From NCBI GenBank assembly GCA_042570465.1, contig JBHPGO010000001.1:1656-65655 (forward strand): a DNA stretch of 64,000 bases, read 5' to 3'. The translations under genes were made by a program, and so were the position numbers. Source of the DNA: Patescibacteria group bacterium (lineage in GTDB: Bacteria > Patescibacteriota > Microgenomatia > PFEM01 > JBHPGO01). The notes beneath the pieces are model-generated. The model did no database searches. It was not told where the DNA came from and worked only from the letters and a program-made list of their open reading frames with translations. Of the stretch, positions 27,125 to 37,962 are shown one piece after another (position 1 is the first letter of the stretch; the number at the start of each line of letters is the position of its first letter).

Positions 27125-30100
27125 CTATCTTTTTCTATACCAGGCGTCGTAGACCAAGGGAATAAAAAAAAGCATGATAATTCCTGAAAGAGTCAGGCCT
27201 GAAATAATCGCTCCTCCTAGTCCTCGCCACATGGGGTCAGATAAGGTAATCGGGGTCAAGCCGATGATGTTAGTGACCGAGCTAAAAATAATTGGTTCCA
27301 ACCGACTTGAGGCTCCATCGGCAATCGCTTCATCAAAAGAAAGGCCAATCTTTAAGTTGCGGTTAATTTTGTCGACAATCATAATCGAATTCTTGACGAC
27401 AATACCGAAAAGAGCCAAAATTCCGATCAGGGCCGGAAATGAAAGAGGGGTTCCGGTCAAACCAAAGACAATGAAAACTCCTGAAATAGCCAAAGGAATC
27501 ACCAGCATGACGATGACCGCCTGCCGGAAAGATTTCAGCTCAACAACCATCGTGGCCAAAATTAAGATTATCGCCAAGATCATGGCTTGGATGATTGAGT
27601 TAACTGAGCTTTCGTTTTCCTGATTAGCCCCACCAGTTTGCCAACTATAGTTGGCCGGTAACTCCATTTCCTGATCAACAAATTTTTCTAATTCTTGGCC
27701 GATTTGGACTTTATTGAAATCCGGAAGAACCGAAGCGCTGATGGTAATTGATCTTTGGCCATCGACCCGAGTGATTTTTGTCGGGCTTTCATTTAGCTTT
27801 AGTTCGCCTAAAGAAAGAAGATTGAACGACTCGCCCCAGTTGTTTGAAAGAGTAATTTTTGAAAGCTCTTGGGGAGCAAGATTCCCGTGGCTCAGCCTCA
27901 GTTGAATTGGACATTCGTTTTGACAACCATTTTCTTGCAGTGTAAACGTGTCTAACCTCATTCCGGATAAATAGGTTCTTAGCGTTAGGGCCATTTGCTC
28001 AATTGAAACGTCGGCTTGATAAAGTTGGTGAGGGGTGGGAACAAAGACAAGTTTACTTAAGCCAGGGACAATCGAAAGGTTTACATTGGTTGTTCCCGGA
28101 TGAGATTCCAGCTTAGCCTGAACAATTTGGGCTAGCTCCTGAAGCTTGATGGTTTCTTCGCCCAAAAGGGTCATTTCAATATCCGCCCCAGTTGGTGGTC
28201 CACCAGAAATTTCAACAATTTGAAGCTTGCCAAGGGTATAGTCACTAAACTTTTCTCTTAAATCTTGGGCAATTTCAATTGAACTGGATTTTCGATCTTC
28301 TCTGAGTTTTAGAGAAAACCTTACTTTGTGGGATTGATTAATCTGGTTTGCCAGGCCCATTTCAATATCTGCTCCAATATCAGCCAAAACATATTCCGTG
28401 TCGTCAGTAGACCTGATAATTTCCAGTAGCTTGAGGCCTTCTTTTTCTGCTTGTTCTAGGCTTGTCCCAACTGGGAGCTCAAGACTAAGGTAAAGATTAT
28501 CTTCGTCTGTTTTGGGAAAAAATTCGTTTTGGACCAGCCCCAGTGGGACCAAGAGGTAAGAAAAGATCGAAAAAGCTAAAATACCGAAGATAATTTTTCT
28601 TTTGGCTCCTCTTGAGCGAAGAATTTTTTTAAGAATTTTTTTATAAGCATAGATTGGGCCTTTGATAGTTAAAAAGCCGTCTTGAAACCTTTTCTTGAAA
28701 GCAAAGTTTCTCAATTTATTCTTGAAGTAAAGCCGATAAATTTTCTGATAATTATTTTTGAGCTCTTTTTTAATTATCAGAAACATTCCACCCAGGGCCA
28801 GATAGGCCAAAATTATTAACCATGCAAAGGGATTGCCCGAAGTTGTGGCCATAATTATTATTAAAGGCAGTAATCCAGCCAGTAGGGAAACCAAAATTAA
28901 AACCCGAGTTGGGATCTTAGGTTTTAAAACAACGACCATAAAAGGAATGGCAACCAACAAGGCTATCGCAGTTGAGGCCACCAGAGCAATTGTCACCACA
29001 AAGGAAATCACTTTCGTAAACTCTCCAATAATGCCGGTGGCAATCAAAAGAGGTAAAAACGACCAGACATTTGTTAAGTTACTGGACAAAGTCGGCGACC
29101 AAAAGTCGTTCCAGACTAAAACCGCCGTTTGCTTGGGGGTGAATTTTCCGTTTTGGTAATAGTCGGTCATGGCGGAAATCATGACAATTGCGTCATCGAC
29201 GATCATTCCCAGGCCCAAAAGCAAGGAAAAGATTGAAAGAAATGAAAGTTGAATGTCGACAACGTACATCGCCGCAAAAGTAGCCAAAAAACTCAAAGGA
29301 ATCACAAAAGAGGCAATCGCTGCCTGCCTCAGGCCAAGAAAGATTAATAAAGTTAAAAAGACCAAGAAAAGACTGGTTGAAAAGTCTTTAATTAGACCTT
29401 GAAATTGGTCTGATATTTGTTTGGAAAAGTCAGTTAATATTTTCATTTGGTAATGAGAGTTTGCCAAGCTAATTGTTTTTTCAGCTGTCTGGCGGGACAA
29501 CCGGGCTGATTCTTCTAAGTCAGCCGAAACTGTTTTAAAGACAGAAAAAGTAACCGTTCTCAGGGGTTTTACTTCATGATCTGCAAAAAAACTATTGGCC
29601 TGCAAAGGTGAAGAACGAAGAGAAATATCAGCGATTTGGGAAAGAACAATTTTGTTTTCATTAAGCTTGATGGGCAGGTTTCGAAGGGTCTCAGTTGTTT
29701 TGCCAGGAAGGTCAAGGCTGAAAGATAAGTTTGAGCGATCAGTCTGAACAATTCCGAGCGGATAATCAGTCAAAGAATTGCGAACAGCCTGAGAAACGAT
29801 TAAAGGAGAAACCCGGTAAGTAAGGTAAGTTTCAGGTTTGATAAATATTTCCAGCTCGGTTTCTTCCAAGCCAGAGACAGTCACTTTCTGAATTTCCGGC
29901 AGACTCTCGAGTTTTTTTTGTAAGGAACGGGAAAAGTTCATCAATGAAACCGGGTCGATTTGAGAAGTCAAGGCAAAAGTAACCACCGGAACATCCTCAA
30001 AGTCAAGAGGCATGACAATTGGTTTTTGGCTTTCGTTTGGCAAGTCAGTCACTGAGCCGATTGAAGTTTGAATATCGGCGGTGGCTTGATCATTGGCAAT

Positions 30101-30451
30101 GGTTGATTCAAATTCAACGACAATCGAAGAGTGGTTCTCTTGGGAGGCTGAAGAAACAGTTTTAATACCCGGGACACTTTCAATCGCTTCTTCAAGAGGA
30201 ATAGTTACTTGCTGCTCGACATCCTTTGGGCTGGCCCCGGGAAAAATTGTTGAAACAAAAATATAAGGAATTTCGACGTCAGGGTTGATTCGTCGTGGTA
30301 GTTTGACATAACTAAAGGATCCGGCGATCAAGATAGTGATCACCAGCAAGATAATTAGTCGTAAATTGCTTAAAAATGAATAAGCCCAGGTTTTTTTTAG
30401 TTCGGGCGAAAACTTAAGCTTTTTTAAATAAGAGGACTTGGGGTTACTCAT
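27125..30451 (-). CDS. RND family efflux transporter permease (AcrB-like)
   Basis: A 1108-aa ORF with 12 predicted TM helices in two blocks and large periplasmic loops, overlapping a membrane-fusion-protein (MFP) gene. Confidence 0.85.
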   Translation of the reverse strand: MSNPKSSYLKKLKFSPELKKTWAYSFLSNLRLIILLVITILIAGSFSYVKLPRRINPDVEIPYIFVSTIFPGASPKDVEQQVTIPLEEAIESVPGIKTVSSASQENHSSIVVEFESTIANDQATADIQTSIGSVTDLPNESQKPIVMPLDFEDVPVVTFALTSQIDPVSLMNFSRSLQKKLESLPEIQKVTVSGLEETELEIFIKPETYLTYRVSPLIVSQAVRNSLTDYPLGIVQTDRSNLSFSLDLPGKTTETLRNLPIKLNENKIVLSQIADISLRSSPLQANSFFADHEVKPLRTVTFSVFKTVSADLEESARLSRQTAEKTISLANSHYQMKILTDFSKQISDQFQGLIKDFSTSLFLVFLTLLIFLGLRQAAIASFVIPLSFLATFAAMYVVDIQLSFLSIFSLLLGLGMIVDDAIVMISAMTDYYQNGKFTPKQTAVLVWNDFWSPTLSSNLTNVWSFLPLLIATGIIGEFTKVISFVVTIALVASTAIALLVAIPFMVVVLKPKIPTRVLILVSLLAGLLPLIIIMATTSGNPFAWLIILAYLALGGMFLIIKKELKNNYQKIYRLYFKNKLRNFAFKKRFQDGFLTIKGPIYAYKKILKKILRSRGAKRKIIFGILAFSIFSYLLVPLGLVQNEFFPKTDEDNLYLSLELPVGTSLEQAEKEGLKLLEIIRSTDDTEYVLADIGADIEMGLANQINQSHKVRFSLKLREDRKSSSIEIAQDLREKFSDYTLGKLQIVEISGGPPTGADIEMTLLGEETIKLQELAQIVQAKLESHPGTTNVNLSIVPGLSKLVFVPTPHQLYQADVSIEQMALTLRTYLSGMRLDTFTLQENGCQNECPIQLRLSHGNLAPQELSKITLSNNWGESFNLLSLGELKLNESPTKITRVDGQRSITISASVLPDFNKVQIGQELEKFVDQEMELPANYSWQTGGANQENESSVNSIIQAMILAIILILATMVVELKSFRQAVIVMLVIPLAISGVFIVFGLTGTPLSFPALIGILALFGIVVKNSIMIVDKINRNLKIGLSFDEAIADGASSRLEPIIFSSVTNIIGLTPITLSDPMWRGLGGAIISGLTLSGIIMLFFIPLVYDAWYRKR

Positions 30452-31955
30452 CAGAATTAAAAACTACTGGCTCGTCTTGATTAACATTTCGGGAAGTAAT
30501 TAATAGGTCACCATTTTTGAGTCCTTCCAGGACCTCGACATAGCCCCCCAAGACTTGACCAAGAACAATTTTTTGAGAAATGGCCTTGTTTTCTTTGGCC
30601 AGGTAAACATAGGCCTCATCCTTGAGCTGGTAAACAGCGTCGATGGGGATCGAAGGAATCGTGCTGACTGAATCAGGGTAACCGATGGGCAGTCTAAGAG
30701 AAAGAAATTGTCCATCAAAAACTTGGCTTGAGATTTCCAGGGGGAGATTAAAGATGACGCGGTGCTGGCCATCTAAAATTGGCTCTAAGGTGATGTGTTC
30801 GGGCATTAATTCAATCGAACCGGAGGGTAAGTCAATAGTTGAAGTTTCGGTTTTTGAGATTTTTTGTGCGACCTTGGGTGAGACCCGGACAACCAACTTC
30901 ATTTGATCACTAGTCCCACTGAGAGTTACCAGGGGTTGGCCAGGAGAAACCATTTGCCCCAAGCGAACATGAACCCTTTCAATTGTCCCCTTAAATGGAG
31001 CCCCAGGCGACATTAAAGCCGCTGCAACTCGGGCGATTTGGTAATTAAGCCTTGAGACTTCGAGGTTTAATTCAAGCGATTTTTCTTGAACATAAAGCTG
31101 CTTAAGGGCAATTTCTTTTTGCAGACTAGCTAGTTGAGCCGGAGACTCATCATCACTGCTTTGGTATTCAGTCGACCTGATCAATTGCTTTAATTGGTTG
31201 ACAGCCGAAAGAAATTGAGATTTTAATTGCTGAGTACTTAAGATTAGGCTGTCATTTTCAGCGCTTTGAGTCGCTGACTGAAGAGTACTCAAGTTAACTT
31301 CAATTGAACTTAATATTGTTTCGTTTAACTGAAGCTGGCCTTGAGACTCTTCTTTAGCTTGACGGCCAATTTCTCGCAGCTGATTTGAGTTTTCTTGAGA
31401 CTTTTCGGCTAATTCTTTTTGGTTATCAACAATTTCTTTTTGATGATCAAAATTGTCAAAATTAAATTGATATTGGCTATAAGCTAAGTTTCGTTGAAGA
31501 AGGGGGATGTTTCCACCCTGATAATTTGAGCTAAATTGGACAAGTGCTTGACCCTGGCTAACTAACTGGCCGTGATAAATATTAATTTTTTTAACAACGC
31601 CGCTTACTTGAGCCAAAACAGTGATTGTGCCGGCTTTTTCAATTTGCCCCTCAAGGATGATTTTAGGAGTTTGGCCGATAGCAAAAGATGTCGCTTGTTT
31701 AGCGGGAATTTCTTTGGATATTTCAGTTTTTTGGCGATCCCGAAGAAAATTACCAAAAATAATTAAAAAAAGAATCAGAGCGATAAGGCTGAAAAATGAG
31801 GTCGTTGGTCTTTTCCTGAGCCAAAGGGTTAATTTTTGCGAAATCAGCCTTGTCTTTTTTTTAGCTTCTTTCTGGGCTTCTTCCGTAAAAATAAGCCATT
31901 TTTTAAAAGCAATCTTTAATTGTTTCAAAAAGTATATTTGGTTGGTTTTGGCCAT
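30444..31955 (-). CDS. RND efflux periplasmic adaptor (HlyD/MFP family)
   Basis: N-terminal TM, long coiled-coil, and biotinyl-lipoyl-like segments TVLAQVSGVVKKINIYHGQLVSQGQALVQF; 8-nt overlap with the RND gene. Confidence 0.7.
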   Translation of the reverse strand: MAKTNQIYFLKQLKIAFKKWLIFTEEAQKEAKKKTRLISQKLTLWLRKRPTTSFFSLIALILFLIIFGNFLRDRQKTEISKEIPAKQATSFAIGQTPKIILEGQIEKAGTITVLAQVSGVVKKINIYHGQLVSQGQALVQFSSNYQGGNIPLLQRNLAYSQYQFNFDNFDHQKEIVDNQKELAEKSQENSNQLREIGRQAKEESQGQLQLNETILSSIEVNLSTLQSATQSAENDSLILSTQQLKSQFLSAVNQLKQLIRSTEYQSSDDESPAQLASLQKEIALKQLYVQEKSLELNLEVSRLNYQIARVAAALMSPGAPFKGTIERVHVRLGQMVSPGQPLVTLSGTSDQMKLVVRVSPKVAQKISKTETSTIDLPSGSIELMPEHITLEPILDGQHRVIFNLPLEISSQVFDGQFLSLRLPIGYPDSVSTIPSIPIDAVYQLKDEAYVYLAKENKAISQKIVLGQVLGGYVEVLEGLKNGDLLITSRNVNQDEPVVFNSDE

Positions 31956-32049
31956 AGTAATTAAATATATTTGAATTAAAAGGGGGCTATCTTTCGGAAT
32001 AAATAATTACCGAGAGATTATAGCAGAATTTCTCATCAAATGAAAAAGC

Positions 32050-32070
32050 AATTTTAGGCAAGAGTGCTAT
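32050..32070 (+). promoter_or_regulatory. extended -10 promoter tgctataat 11 nt upstream of the glyA ATG (leaderless or near-leaderless)
   Basis: agagtgctataatacaagcATG, with no Shine-Dalgarno sequence. Confidence 0.4.
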
Positions 32071-32079
32071 AATACAAGC

Positions 32080-33372
32080 ATGAGTGATCAACAGATCATT
32101 TCCTTGATCAAAAAAGAAATAAGACGACAGCAAGACACCCTGATGCTGATTCCTTCAGAAAACTATGTTTCTTTAGAAGTGAGAAAAACTTTGGGGAGTG
32201 TTTTAACCAATAAATATTCAGAAGGCTATCCGGGAAAAAGGTATTACCAGGGGAACGCCTTGATTGATCAAGTTGAAGCTTTGGCCCAAGAAAGAGCCCA
32301 AAAAATATTTAGTGTCCCCCACGCCAATGTTCAGGCTTATTCCGGCTCGATTGCTAATTTGGCGATTTTGAATTTATTTCTGGAGCCACAAGATGTTCTT
32401 TTATCTCAATCGTTGGAAATGGGCGGCCATTTGTCGATGGGCCAGTCAGCTTCAGCCACTTCACGCTATTACCAGGCTCAGCATTATCGATTGACTGAAA
32501 AAGGCGAAATCGACTGGTCAGACCTTGAAGAAAAAGTAAAAAAATATTCCCCCAAATTAATATTTTGTGGGGGAACAGCCTATACAAAGGTTTTAGATTT
32601 TGCTCGTTTTGCTCAAATTGCAGACCAGGCCAAGGCCTTTTTGGTGGCTGATATTTCTCATGTGGCGGGCTTAGTTGTCGGTGGCGTTCACCCCTCCCCT
32701 GTTAAGCACGTTCACCTAGTGATGACGACAACTCATAAAACCTTGCGAGGGCCAAGAGGGGCGATTATTATGGCCACCCAAAAGGGATTGCAGAAAGATC
32801 CAAAAATAGCTGAAAAAATTGACCGTTCGGTTTTCCCGGGCCTTCAGGGAGGTCCACACAACAATAATATAGCCGCCATCGCTGTTTCTCTTTTTGAGGC
32901 CCAAGCACCGTTATTTAAAGAATACGCCCACCAAGTGGTGATTAATGCTAAATTTTTAGCACAAAGCTTGGTCAAACATGGCTATGATTTAGTTGGCCAA
33001 GGAACGCAAAATCACATGATCTGGCTGGATTTGAGCGAGAGCAAGGTCGAGGCTTGGGTTGCCGCCCTGGCCCTTGAGGTGGCCGGGATGATCGTTAACC
33101 GCCAGATGGTTCCCTTTGATCGTCAGACGGCTTATTACCCCTCTGGAATACGTTTGGGAACGCCGGCGGTGACTACCCGAGGAATGAGGGAAAAAGAAAT
33201 GAAGCTGGTGGCCGACTTGTTTCACCAAACAATTTCTGTTGCTAGTGAAAGTTTTTCCTCTGATGACTTAAAATCAAAAAAAGAGATCAAAGGAAAAATT
33301 ATGCTGAACAAAAAATTATTAAATCTTAAAGATCAGGTGGCTAAGCTTTGTCACTCATTTCCGATTGAATAA
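32080..33372 (+). CDS. glyA: serine hydroxymethyltransferase
   Basis: PLP-lysine motif TTTHKTLRGPRGA; 430 aa. Confidence 0.9.
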   Translation: MSDQQIISLIKKEIRRQQDTLMLIPSENYVSLEVRKTLGSVLTNKYSEGYPGKRYYQGNALIDQVEALAQERAQKIFSVPHANVQAYSGSIANLAILNLFLEPQDVLLSQSLEMGGHLSMGQSASATSRYYQAQHYRLTEKGEIDWSDLEEKVKKYSPKLIFCGGTAYTKVLDFARFAQIADQAKAFLVADISHVAGLVVGGVHPSPVKHVHLVMTTTHKTLRGPRGAIIMATQKGLQKDPKIAEKIDRSVFPGLQGGPHNNNIAAIAVSLFEAQAPLFKEYAHQVVINAKFLAQSLVKHGYDLVGQGTQNHMIWLDLSESKVEAWVAALALEVAGMIVNRQMVPFDRQTAYYPSGIRLGTPAVTTRGMREKEMKLVADLFHQTISVASESFSSDDLKSKKEIKGKIMLNKKLLNLKDQVAKLCHSFPIE

Positions 33373-33374
33373 AA

Positions 33375-34211
33375 ATGTTTGTTTTTGACAGCCGAGATAT
33401 TGCCCTAGAAAGGAATAAAGAGCTCGCCAAAAAAATCGAGACTTTGAAAAAAAATTCCTCGTTTAAACCGGTGCTGGAAACAATTCTGATTGGTGAGAAG
33501 ACTTCTTCCAGGCAATTCTTTGAGGCTCTTAAGGCAGTGGCTCTCGAAGTTGGTGTTTTGTATCACCAAAATAATCTTTCGGCCAATATTAGTCTTGCCA
33601 AAATATCTTCTCTGGTTGAGGGTCTTAATGAAAACCCACAAGTCAATGGCATTGTTTTAGCTCTCCCGGTCCCCTCCCGAATTGCCATCAATAACAATCA
33701 GCCTCTTCAAGACAAGATTTTACCCTCTAAAGATATTGATTGCTTGACGACCGAGAATCTAAGTAAGCTTGAAGAGGGTCAAGAAGTTTTTGTGCCTCCA
33801 GTGGTCAAGGCAGTTTTGGGTGTTTTGCCAATGCTGGGCAACTATCGCCAGAAAAAAATTGTTGTTGTCGGAGCCACTGGCCGGGTTGGTCGGTCTTTAG
33901 TAATTCAGTTGAAGAAACTTGGCTTAAGTCCAGGGTTGGTCGATGAACACACCAAAAATTTGGTTCAGAAAACAAAAGCGGCCGAAATATTAATTTCCGC
34001 CACCGGACAAGCCGGACTGATTAAGGAAGAAATGGTTAAAAAAGGGGCGGCAATCATTGATTTAGGCTCTCCTCAAGGAGATATTGACTTTAATAGTGTC
34101 AGTAAAAAAGCAGCTTGGCTTTCCCCTGTTCCCGGAGGCATTGGCCCTCTCACTCTTATCTGCCTGCTCGAAAACCTTTTTAAAGTCACTTTCACACCCG
34201 ATGTGAAATAG
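33375..34211 (+). CDS. folD: bifunctional methylenetetrahydrofolate dehydrogenase/cyclohydrolase
   Basis: VVVGATGRVGRSL and the C-terminal PVPGGIGPLT motif; adjacent to glyA. Confidence 0.75.
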   Translation: MFVFDSRDIALERNKELAKKIETLKKNSSFKPVLETILIGEKTSSRQFFEALKAVALEVGVLYHQNNLSANISLAKISSLVEGLNENPQVNGIVLALPVPSRIAINNNQPLQDKILPSKDIDCLTTENLSKLEEGQEVFVPPVVKAVLGVLPMLGNYRQKKIVVVGATGRVGRSLVIQLKKLGLSPGLVDEHTKNLVQKTKAAEILISATGQAGLIKEEMVKKGAAIIDLGSPQGDIDFNSVSKKAAWLSPVPGGIGPLTLICLLENLFKVTFTPDVK

Positions 34212-34228
34212 GTTCCCTACATCGGGAG
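34193..34228. repeat. REP-like palindrome
   Basis: cacacccgatgtgaaataggttccctacatcgggag. Confidence 0.6.
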
Positions 34229-34250
34229 ATTGATTCGGATGGCGAGTATT

Positions 34251-34291
34251 TATCCCGATGTGCAAGGGGTAAGGCACATCAGGTGTATCGG
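34251..34291. repeat. REP-like palindrome (inverted orientation)
   Basis: atcccgatgtgcaaggggtaaggcacatcaggtgtatcgg. Confidence 0.55.
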
Positions 34292-34586
34292 AATAATTGA
34301 GATTCAGAGAGTTAAATCAAAAATCGTTCTTAGAGCCTTTTGTGGAAGACTTAGTCTTGAGGCAGGTGTGTTTCTGACTAGAGTTTGGTAGGAAATTGTT
34401 CCATTTACCCATTGGGTAACTAATGGTCTAAATTGGTTTTCGCCAGGATCTTCTTCAACAACTGTTCCGATTGGATATATATTCTTAGCAATCTCTTTCA
34501 TAGGATAATATTATCATGAAAATTATCATTTTTCAAAATGAATTAATTTCGAAGAACCTCTTTTTTGATTAATTAAAGTGATGTTA

Positions 34587-35231
34587 TTAATTGAAGCCTG
34601 AGGCCAGCTCTAAAAGTTTCTTTTCAGGACTTAGGGCCTTGATGACGGCTGAAGCAAGAATGACTCCTTTTCCTCCGGCGGCTAAAGTTTTTGAAACATG
34701 TTCTTTGGAAGTGATTCCGGCTCCAACGATCAAAGGTTGAGGCAAGGTTTTGGCTAGTTTTTTAATATTGGACTCCTCGACATCGATCATCGAGATCGGG
34801 CCGGCAATCAGCTTAGCTTTTTCATAGGCAATATACTTGGGTTTCCACAAGGAAACTTTTTTAGCTTGCTGAGTTGTTTCACAGATGACCAGGGTTTTCA
34901 GCCCATGTTGGTGGGCTTTTTCAAGACTGACCTTTATCGTACTGAGTTTTATGGGGTGCTCACCATGATTAAGAACCGTCCCGGTAGCTCCGGCCTGCTT
35001 AAGGCTGTGGGGAGATATCCAACCGGAATTTCGGCCCGGGTCAATCGGGTCGCAGTGCTGGGCCCAAACTTCAATACCTAGCTCTTTTTTGATTCTGAAA
35101 ATATCTGTTGCTTGAGCACAAGGAATAATCGGAACGTTATTTTTTGCAGAAACTTTTTTGACAATCTTAAGAAGCTTGATGACCTTATCGGCCGTAGATT
35201 CAGGGTATGTTTTTAAAGAAAGCCAAATCAT
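34587..35231 (-). CDS. tpiA: triosephosphate isomerase, archaeal-type short form
   Basis: VWAQHCDPIDPGRNSGWISPHSLKQAGATGTVLNHGEH and IVGAGITSKEHV..GVILASAVIK align to archaeal TIMs of about 220 aa. Confidence 0.75.
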   Translation of the reverse strand: MIWLSLKTYPESTADKVIKLLKIVKKVSAKNNVPIIPCAQATDIFRIKKELGIEVWAQHCDPIDPGRNSGWISPHSLKQAGATGTVLNHGEHPIKLSTIKVSLEKAHQHGLKTLVICETTQQAKKVSLWKPKYIAYEKAKLIAGPISMIDVEESNIKKLAKTLPQPLIVGAGITSKEHVSKTLAAGGKGVILASAVIKALSPEKKLLELASGFN

Positions 35232-35261
35232 AAATAATATTTTAGCACAGTCTACCCCAAC

Positions 35262-36473
35262 TCAATCAACAAAAGTTAAGGCAACGCCCTTTTTGCCAAT
35301 TCTTCCAGTTCGACCAATCCGGTGCACATAATCATCATATGTTCCTGGAACATCGTAGTTAATCACATGAGTCACATTATCTATGTCTAGTCCTCTTGAA
35401 GCCACATCAGTGGCCAGTAAAACCTGAACTTCGTTATTTTTTAACTGCCTTAAAGCTCTTAGCCTTTGTCCTTGGCTTTTATTGCCATGAATTGCTGCGG
35501 CCCTAAAGCCTCTTCTAGTAAGACTTTGTTCAAGTTTGTTTACTCCCCACTTGGTTCGGCCAAAAACTAAAACCTTTCTAAATTCCTCTTTGATCAGTAA
35601 ATCATGAAGAATCTCAAGTTTGTTTTTGCCTTGTGTTCGGATGATGTCTTGATCGACATTTTGAGGAGTTGCGTCTTTTACCACTGAGACCGTCACCGGA
35701 TTTACAGAAAACTGCTGCATGAGCACTTTAGTTTCCTTTGGAATTGTTGCCGAGAAGAACAGTGATTGACGACTTTTTGGTAAAAATGAAACAATCTGCC
35801 TTACATCATGAATAAAACCCATGTCTAGCATGCGGTCCACCTCATCAAGAACGACATTATTATACTGACCTAATTTTAAAATCCGTCGATCCTCTAGATC
35901 TTTAATTCTTCCGGGAGTTCCGATCACAAAATTTGGTTGCCGTGACAATTCACTTGCCTGCCTGTTTAACGAGGCTCCCCCAATGCAGAGTGTGGAGAAA
36001 ATTCCCATTTTGAAACTAAATAATTTAAGCTCGTCTTGGATCTGAACCGCCAGTTCACGGGTTGGGGTGACAATCAACACCTTTTGGCTTCGATCTTTCG
36101 ACACCTTTGTAATCAGAGGCAATAAAAAGGCGGCCGTTTTTCCGGTTCCAGTATTAGCAATGCCAACCAGGTCCCTTCCTTCCAATATCGGAAAGATTGA
36201 CTGATCTTGGATTGCGGTTGGCTTGTCATAGCCATGGTTCAAAATATTATTTAAAATTGATTCGTCCAAAGGAAAGTCAGAAAACTTGTTCACCGGAACG
36301 TAAGGAGTCTCGATAACCTCAATAGCTTTCCTAACAAACATCAGTGGATTTAAAGAAGCACCTTTATTTCGGTATCGACCCCGACCACCCGATCTCCTTG
36401 GTCGATTACGACCATACGACCGATTATTTTGGCCACGAAAACTACGTGAGCGACCATGCCGCATATTTCTCAT
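35262..36473 (-). CDS. DEAD-box ATP-dependent RNA helicase
   Basis: Motifs GTGKTAAF, PTRELA, DEVD, SAT and HRIGRTGR; R/G-rich N-terminus. Confidence 0.85.
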   Translation of the reverse strand: MRNMRHGRSRSFRGQNNRSYGRNRPRRSGGRGRYRNKGASLNPLMFVRKAIEVIETPYVPVNKFSDFPLDESILNNILNHGYDKPTAIQDQSIFPILEGRDLVGIANTGTGKTAAFLLPLITKVSKDRSQKVLIVTPTRELAVQIQDELKLFSFKMGIFSTLCIGGASLNRQASELSRQPNFVIGTPGRIKDLEDRRILKLGQYNNVVLDEVDRMLDMGFIHDVRQIVSFLPKSRQSLFFSATIPKETKVLMQQFSVNPVTVSVVKDATPQNVDQDIIRTQGKNKLEILHDLLIKEEFRKVLVFGRTKWGVNKLEQSLTRRGFRAAAIHGNKSQGQRLRALRQLKNNEVQVLLATDVASRGLDIDNVTHVINYDVPGTYDDYVHRIGRTGRIGKKGVALTFVD

Positions 36474-36667
36474 AATTTGTTGAATAAACGCTTTTAAAAT
36501 GGAGACGATTCAAAAGAGGGGAAGATACGAATACCTAAACCAAGTAAACCGACTCAAATCAGTATTTACCACTGATCAATCTTTAAAGCTAACAAAAAGA
36601 ATTTTAACACGTTTGATTATCTTTGTCAAACTATAGGTTGTTTACTTCGGGGCGTTTTGGTCTAGCT

Positions 36668-36735
36668 GGGGAGCGTGGACACCTGCCCGCCAGTTGCTGC
36701 GCCGCCAGGCGCTGGCAGGCGGGGAGTTCGAACCT
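36668..36735 (-). pseudogene. tRNA 3'-end-like fragment (GGTTCGAACTCCCC...CGCTCCCCA) split by a ~45-nt GC-rich insert
   Basis: Followed by the same 22-mer (gctagaccaaaacgccccgaa) that follows tRNA-Gln at 39746. Confidence 0.4.
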
Positions 36736-36786
36736 TTTTTATGACAAATTTTATTGAAATTCCCATTTTTAATTATAGTTTCTAAT

Positions 36787-37569
36787 TTAAGATATTTCCT
36801 TTGTTAAAAACTCATAAAAATTATCCTTTGCGTATTTTTCATACCATGGGTGATGTCCACATCTTTTTATCAAAATTAATCGGAAGTTCTTTATTGTCTC
36901 TGCTAGAGGTTTTTTTATTCCCTCGGCTGGATGTGGGTCATAGTCTCCATGAATCGCAACAACAGGGCATCTAATTTGTTTTCCTAAAGCAAGAAGCTTC
37001 CCTTCTTCCCTGAGTTTACTAGCCTCATCCCAAACAGGCTCATATATTTCTGGCTGTGTTTTTGTTACTTCACTTTTGTGCGGAATTGAACTATAAGAAT
37101 CAGCCTTATCTATAAGTTTGCCAATTTTGCTAAATGCCTTTTCTTGCTTTTTACCTTTCAAATTATTCAGACTAGTAAATAATGAGTCCAATTCGTCTCT
37201 TTCTTCTTTAGATAACCTACTCATTCTGGTTTTCATTATTCGTTTTGCATATCTGGCTTCAAATGGTCCACTGCTCACAAGAATAAGTTTCTTAACTAAC
37301 TTAGGATATTTAGCGGTTAAGATGTAACTTAACCAAGCACCCCATGACCAACCAATAAGTACGACTGGGTGTTTTGCATTATTTTCAATTACTAGTTTTA
37401 GTTCTTGAACTTGCCCATCAACAGAGTTTTCAGTTTGAATCGGTTCTAACACTCCGCACTCTTTAGATAAGTGTCTAGCAACTGGGGCCATTTCTCCAGG
37501 CGCACCAGGGCCACCGTGGATTGCAACTATATTAAAAGGAGGCTTCCCGTATGTTCTTAAATTTTTCAT
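36787..37569 (-). CDS. alpha/beta-fold hydrolase
   Basis: GWSWG nucleophile elbow and HGGPG oxyanion region; 260 aa. Confidence 0.6.
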   Translation of the reverse strand: MKNLRTYGKPPFNIVAIHGGPGAPGEMAPVARHLSKECGVLEPIQTENSVDGQVQELKLVIENNAKHPVVLIGWSWGAWLSYILTAKYPKLVKKLILVSSGPFEARYAKRIMKTRMSRLSKEERDELDSLFTSLNNLKGKKQEKAFSKIGKLIDKADSYSSIPHKSEVTKTQPEIYEPVWDEASKLREEGKLLALGKQIRCPVVAIHGDYDPHPAEGIKKPLAETIKNFRLILIKRCGHHPWYEKYAKDNFYEFLTKEIS

Positions 37570-37624
37570 AGTATTAGTTATTTGAAGTATAACAAAAGTT
37601 TTGAAATCCGGAGAAATCCGAAGA

Positions 37625-37735
37625 TGTGCTGCGGGGCCAGGACTCCCCGAAAAACTCTTACTTCGCGCCGGAGGCTTCCAGCCTCGCGCTCGCGAAGAGC
37701 GAGTATCGGGGCAGGCGAAGAGGTCCGAAGTTTAT
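37625..37735 (-). pseudogene. tRNA-Gln-like 3'-end fragment with ~85-nt GC-rich insert after T-loop TTCG
   Basis: gctgcggggccaggactc matches the tRNA-Gln 3' end (39767–39785); about 90% identical to 39527–39640. Confidence 0.5.
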
Positions 37736-37962
37736 GCTTAGCTCATTCCTCTCCAAATTAATTCCCAAATATTTGTTCTTGAAACTTGTTGGTTTGTGGG
37801 TACTAGGGGTTTTCACCCGTCCACACCTGCAAAATTTTGGGGCCTTGAGCCCCAGAATTTTGCTGAGCAGGCCGGTCTAGGACCTTTCGGGCCCATAACC
37901 AATTACTCCGAGTGTACCACTTTGAGGCTAAATAAGACAAATGAGACACTATAAAAAAGAGG

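Noticed and set aside
37740-37920. Structured GC-containing intergenic segment (ggggccttgagcccc hairpin, ggtctaggacctttcgggccc) as a candidate SRP RNA, RNase P RNA or tmRNA
   Set aside because: None of the diagnostic motifs is present: no SRP domain IV GGAA/AGCAGC loop, no RNase P P4 AGGAAAGUCCGGGC, no tmRNA tRNA-like end. It was left unannotated.
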